Shown here: positions 59,473 to 64,000 of the stretch, one piece after another
Layout: each line of letters opens with the position of its first letter
Numbering within the stretch: the stretch's first letter is position 1
Origin: a bacterium
GTDB lineage: Bacteria > Patescibacteriota > Minisyncoccia > Phycocordibacterales > UBA918
Direction: 5' to 3'
DNA: 64,000 bases
NCBI GenBank assembly: GCA_043719295.1
Contig: JAYSUD010000007.1
Coordinates: 891 to 64,890 of the forward strand
Notes under the pieces: model-generated
The model's input: the letters and a program-made list of their open reading frames with translations, nothing else
Told to the model about the DNA's origin: nothing
Databases searched by the model: none
Program-made: the position numbers and the translations under genes

Positions 59473-60540
59473 TTAAAAGTTTGCAGTAGCCACGTAGGTC
59501 AAGGTTGATGTGTATGCACCTGCTTCAGTGTTTGAAGTAATGTTTGCAATGTATCTTGCTGAATAGGTTGTGTTTGCTGACGCTCCTGCTGCAGAAGCGA
59601 TTTGGTCAGGGAATGCTGCACTATCAAACGCAAATCCAGCAGCTGCATACGGCACAGCAACAGTTCCAGAACCTCCTGAAGCTGACATACGAACACCAAA
59701 CTGTTCTGTTCCAATACTTGACGCTGTGTTAGCCGCACCTATTGCAGTAATAGTGTTAGCGCCTGAAGTAAGTGTGTTTCCTGCAAGACTCATAGAATAC
59801 CCACTTGCAGCATTGGTCCCCACAATAACGTTATGGGCCTCAACTTCTGTAGCTTGTCCTGAAGCAGTTCCAGATGCAAATCGCGCAGCTCCTGAACCAA
59901 GTGAACCAAAAGAAATAGTGTTATCAGAAATACTAAACGTAATTGATTGAGGCACCGTAGCGGTGATGGCAACCTGGCTGTTTGTTAAGATATTGTTTGT
60001 GATGTCTCCTGTATCACCAAAGGTTCCTGAAACGGTCATTGTATATGAACCAGGTGTAGTTGGGTTAATTGAGTTTGTCCCGTTGTAGGTAATGATCATC
60101 TTATCATTTGCCGCAACAACAGCTGCACCTACGCCATCAGAAGGAGCAGTCAAGGTCAAAATCCGATTCTGTGTTCCTGAGAAAGCTGCTCCCCATGCAG
60201 AAGCACTTGGTGCTGCCGCTAGTGTTTCAGTGCTTTCAAGTCCCGTTGATGCACCATGGGTAAAAGTTACTGTACCAATAGTCTTACTTGTAAAGTTGTA
60301 GTCAGAAGGGAATGTAAGAATGATTGTATCTGTATTGTCTCCTGCACCGGTTGGTGTAACAAAACGAATAGCATGAGTTGATGTCGCGCTTATGGTCTGA
60401 TTTGACATTGTATCTGAAACTGCAGTTATCGACGCTGCATACGCAAAATTAAACGAAAACAATGAGACAAGCATCGCAAACAGAAGTGCAAAACTCGTTG
60501 CTTTCAAGGCTTGAGTATTAAAAATTAAAGATGCGGTCAT
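59473..60540 (-). CDS. Secreted Thr/Ala/Ser-rich beta-sandwich protein (WxL-like C-terminus)
   Basis: Signal peptide; C-terminal AGAYTSTLTYVATANF. Confidence 0.65.
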   Translation of the reverse strand: MTASLIFNTQALKATSFALLFAMLVSLFSFNFAYAASITAVSDTMSNQTISATSTHAIRFVTPTGAGDNTDTIILTFPSDYNFTSKTIGTVTFTHGASTGLESTETLAAAPSASAWGAAFSGTQNRILTLTAPSDGVGAAVVAANDKMIITYNGTNSINPTTPGSYTMTVSGTFGDTGDITNNILTNSQVAITATVPQSITFSISDNTISFGSLGSGAARFASGTASGQATEVEAHNVIVGTNAASGYSMSLAGNTLTSGANTITAIGAANTASSIGTEQFGVRMSASGGSGTVAVPYAAAGFAFDSAAFPDQIASAAGASANTTYSARYIANITSNTEAGAYTSTLTYVATANF

Positions 60541-60696
60541 GGTAAATAGTGTAAATAGAATTAAATAATGGAACGTGTAACGCACCGTGCACAAGACACA
60601 GCTGTAACTCCCTTTAGTATACCCCTAATTCACAACACAAATACGTCAGCCTGTGAAGAACTTTCAACGTTAAGCGGACCTTATTTTAAAAAGCTA

Positions 60697-61155
60697 TCAA
60701 AATTGTAGATATGTTGTAAACATAAACGGTACGTTGTTAACTTCATAATGCATATGTATCTGTGTTGGAACGTTTCCAAGAGTTGGAACCACCGTCATGT
60801 GCATTTCACTAAGTACGAACGCGTCTCCCGTAAGAACGACTTCATCACTTCCTGTCCTTTTAAAGTACACTTTTCCATCAAAGAAACGAATCGTAAGAGG
60901 ACTTTCTGAGTTCAAATCGGGTCGCGAAATTACTAGTGTATAGGGAGTAGACAGCGTTACTGCTGTGGCACCCTGAAGTGCCCAATGTATTTTCCTCTGT
61001 ATAAACATCCCTTCTTCTTGTATAGCGATATCAGTACGATTGTTTTCAAAACTCTGTAATAGCTCATAGACAGTAATGAGTGCACCTGTCATGAGTACAC
61101 CAAAAAGAGCAATATAGATAAGTGTCTCAAGTAATGTGAATCCGTGTTTGCTCAT
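60697..61155 (-). CDS. Type IV prepilin-like protein
   Basis: KHG-FTLLETLIYIAL. Confidence 0.88.
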   Translation of the reverse strand: MSKHGFTLLETLIYIALFGVLMTGALITVYELLQSFENNRTDIAIQEEGMFIQRKIHWALQGATAVTLSTPYTLVISRPDLNSESPLTIRFFDGKVYFKRTGSDEVVLTGDAFVLSEMHMTVVPTLGNVPTQIHMHYEVNNVPFMFTTYLQF

Positions 61156-62657
61156 GGTGAATAAATGACCGTTAACTTTTGTGGCTGGTTTGCAAACTGA
61201 TTTATTGTGTACAAATAATCCGCACTATTGTCTATTCCTAATGGTGCTAGATGCGGAATATTCATAAATGATATTCTGCCTGCATTTATAAGACTCGTGC
61301 TCCAGGTGCTTTTGCTTGCATTCCAAATCTGGAATTCAAAACCGCTTTTACTTGTTCCGAGATACAAAAGCTGGCCCGAACCACCAAGTGAATGTACATC
61401 AGCACCCACTTCACTGGTGGCTTTAGGAGTCCCGACACCTTCAAGTAAAGACAAAATATCAAACATATAGAGCTCGTTACCTCCCCCACTCCTCCGACCA
61501 AGATACAGATCATTCCCTCTGAGATATAGACTTGATGCATCTTCACTCCCTGGCAAATTAAAACTTGCAACTTCAGTTGGAATATCATTGGTAACATCAT
61601 AGATACTTAGTTCCTTAAGTGCAGCACTTGTAGCTAGGTATATATAGCGGCGCATTGTACCCTCGACCATCTGCTCACGAACTACCATGTCGTTTACGGT
61701 ACGATTTAAATTAACTGAAGCTCCAACTATTTCACTGGTAATACTTGGAACGATGATATCAAATAGGTGAAATTCTGGACCTGCTGTTTCTCGCGTGGTG
61801 ACGTAAAGTCTATTACCGTAAACTTGAATCCGCCATCCTTGCGGAAACGAGCTGCCGATAGTGATACCATGTAACGTTTTTTGGAGGACAGGAATCGGTT
61901 CTTCTCCATCAGTGACGTCAACTATCGCGAGTTGGGAGGTAGATGCGTGTTGCATCATGTATGCATACGTCCTTCCTGTTTTTAAATCTCGAGCAACATC
62001 AATTGCGTTGATTCGTTTTCCATACACCGATGAAGTACCTATTAATATAGGATTTGTACCTACAATTGTTGGTGCGCTGTATATTGAAAGCTGAGGTGAA
62101 GATGATGAGGTTATGTATAGGTAATCCCCAAAGACATCAACTCCAGTTGAGAAAAGAGGAGGTACTATCTCTGAACCTGAAGTTTGAAGTGACCCCAAAA
62201 GCCAATTACCTCCAAGTTCTTTTACTCTGCAGTCCCCTCCTTTTGCAATAATTTCAGTTTGATTTGTGAGATACGTTGGCAACATCATGGAAGTGGTCGG
62301 ATATCGTTCTCCAATACGTCAGGAAACATTTGTCTCTGCATACTTAAAACAAGAAGAAATGTCTGTAACGGCGTGTTGTAAAAAATAACAAAGTCCCCCA
62401 AGAAGACAGAGCGTGTCAGCAACATCATCAAGAACAGCAAGTGTTTGAAGATCCGTACTTGAGGCACCTTGAAAGTCTTCTAAAGACGAGGCCACAAGAA
62501 GTTCACTTTGCATCTTTGTTTTGTACAATGCCTCTGTGCCGACTTGTGAAGTAATAACCCAGTACTGAGAAGAAATATTTGCCTCTACAGCTCCAACAAT
62601 AATGGTAACCATCAATGCTAACGCGATTACAATTTCAAGAGTACTAAATCCTCGCAT
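61152..62657 (-). pseudogene. Prepilin-like protein with beta-propeller (501 codons) split by one in-frame TGA at 62319-62321
   Basis: RG-FSTLEIVIAL start; TCC TGA CGT ATT GGA GAA CGA TAT CCG ACC ACT TCC ATG joins ORFs 62319-62657 and 61152-62288 in one frame. Confidence 0.75.
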
Positions 62658-62663
62658 AAAGTA

Positions 62664-63152
62664 TTAGCGATATATCGCGCCTTCATGATTAATAAAAACA
62701 CCTGTGGTTGCCATACGATTAGTATCTTCAAGGATAATCTGGCCATCGTATGAAGCATTGCCTGACAATTGTTCAAACACAATTTCATTTGGTGACACAC
62801 CATCTATTGTGACGTCATAAGAAGATGCTATGTACGTACGTGATGAGATATCAGAATTTGCCAATGTATGCCCTTCAAATACAACATACCCGCTATACCC
62901 ATTTGGATACAACGCTACACCGTGTTCACTTTGGTTCACATTATTAAGTGCCTTTGTTCTTGCAGTTTGAAGTACTGATATAAGACTATCGCGTTCAGAC
63001 AGAAATGCTGTTCTTTGATACGTATCCGCAGTAAAGAAAAGTGTCGAACCAAGAATCATACTCAAAAGTGTTAACACTACTAAAACTTCAATCAGCGTGA
63101 AGCCATCGTAACTTTTATTTTTGTCACTGGTGTAAGTTTTGCGTAATGCCAT
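62664..63152 (-). CDS. Type IV prepilin-like protein (FimT/GspH-like)
   Basis: DG-FTLIEVLVVL, LQTAR..AL, F...SG. Confidence 0.88.
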   Translation of the reverse strand: MALRKTYTSDKNKSYDGFTLIEVLVVLTLLSMILGSTLFFTADTYQRTAFLSERDSLISVLQTARTKALNNVNQSEHGVALYPNGYSGYVVFEGHTLANSDISSRTYIASSYDVTIDGVSPNEIVFEQLSGNASYDGQIILEDTNRMATTGVFINHEGAIYR

Positions 63153-64000
63153 AAATGGGCGTAATAATCGAAACCGCGATAAACCCAACACATAAACCCA
63201 TAGTGAGCATGAGTATCGGCTCAAGGACGGTTGTTAAATTCTTGGTAGCGTCACGCATATCTGCCTCATATATTTCTGAGATATACTCAAGAGTTGGACC
63301 AAGGTTCCCCGTTAGTTCAGATGCCTTTATCATTTGTATACAAAGCGGAGGAAAAAGTCTCGTGTGCTTTTGAAGACGTGCTGAAAGTAGCTGACCTTGT
63401 ACAACCCCTTTTTGAGCATCTATAAGAACCTCTTTGTATACCAAGTTGTCAGAGCTTAAAGATGCTATGGTAAGTGCCTCAACAATCCACACTTCATGCT
63501 GTAGCAATAGTCCAAGTGTTCGCAACACGTTTGTAAGATTGTAGGACACGTGTAATCGACCAAAAATGGGAATCTTTAAAAGAGCAGAGTCCCGTGCATA
63601 TTTAAATGTGTTGTTTTTACATAACTGGGGATACACAACCACACAAAGGGCAATACTACCTAATAAAATATGCCAATACGATTTCAATAATTCACTTACT
63701 TCAATTACTATGCGAGTTGAAAGTGGTAGATCAATATGTAAGCTACTAAATATGGGAAGGATTTTCGGAAAAATGTATAAAATAAGAAAAAATGTAATAC
63801 CCAGAGTTGCGATAACAATTATTGCTGGGTACACCAATGCGCCAACAATTTGTTTGCGCAATTCTTGTTTTTTCTTGAGTTCTACTGTCACATATTCAAG
63901 ATTTAAAGGAAGCGTGCCTGAAGATTCTCCTACCCGCACCATATTGATACAAAAGACTCCAAAGCTTTTGGGGAACTTTTGCATCGCAAACGACAGTGTT
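63124..64000 (-). CDS. pilC: Type IV pilus/T2SS inner-membrane platform protein (5' end outside window)
   Basis: MVRVGESSGTL, ALVYP, LEPILML.MG..VGFI..SII.PIY. Confidence 0.9.
   Translation of the reverse strand, partial: TLSFAMQKFPKSFGVFCINMVRVGESSGTLPLNLEYVTVELKKKQELRKQIVGALVYPAIIVIATLGITFFLILYIFPKILPIFSSLHIDLPLSTRIVIEVSELLKSYWHILLGSIALCVVVYPQLCKNNTFKYARDSALLKIPIFGRLHVSYNLTNVLRTLGLLLQHEVWIVEALTIASLSSDNLVYKEVLIDAQKGVVQGQLLSARLQKHTRLFPPLCIQMIKASELTGNLGPTLEYISEIYEADMRDATKNLTTVLEPILMLTMGLCVGFIAVSIITPIYGITQNLHQ

Noticed and set aside
62319-62321. UGA recoding (genetic code 25 or 4)
   Set aside because: TGA ends intact genes (pilC, asparaginase, cupin, MFS) and long conserved ORFs have no internal TGA.

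Overview
AT-rich (about 38-40% GC by eye), gene-dense bacterial chromosome segment in genetic code 11. The gene set (typA, groES/groEL, secG, rnj, htpX/lemA/DUF2207, class II photolyase, class F sortase, cohesin/dockerin surface cluster, type IV pilins, no central biosynthetic pathways) suggests a Patescibacteria/Parcubacteria (CPR) genome; this is inference, not a database result. It holds about 60 CDS and one tRNA-Ser(GGA), followed directly by an HNH nuclease and a DinD-like gene. The main unexplained signal is a family of ten dispersed 119-213 bp intergenic palindromic elements. Their terminal stems differ in sequence between copies yet stay base-paired, they share internal-loop motifs (GAGGC / AACGAAG), and five carry a nested three-hairpin module. 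Their G-T wobbles all fall on one strand, which is usually antisense to the gene whose stop codon they abut or supply. No transposase or integrase is present in the window. Other observations: stand-alone orphan genes with a strong Shine-Dalgarno and their own terminator in a genome whose other genes often look leaderless, a candidate ~210 nt sRNA, a structured leader on a GT2 operon, three genes broken by single lesions, and three clustered ATP-grasp ligases. All product calls rest on motif recognition by eye.
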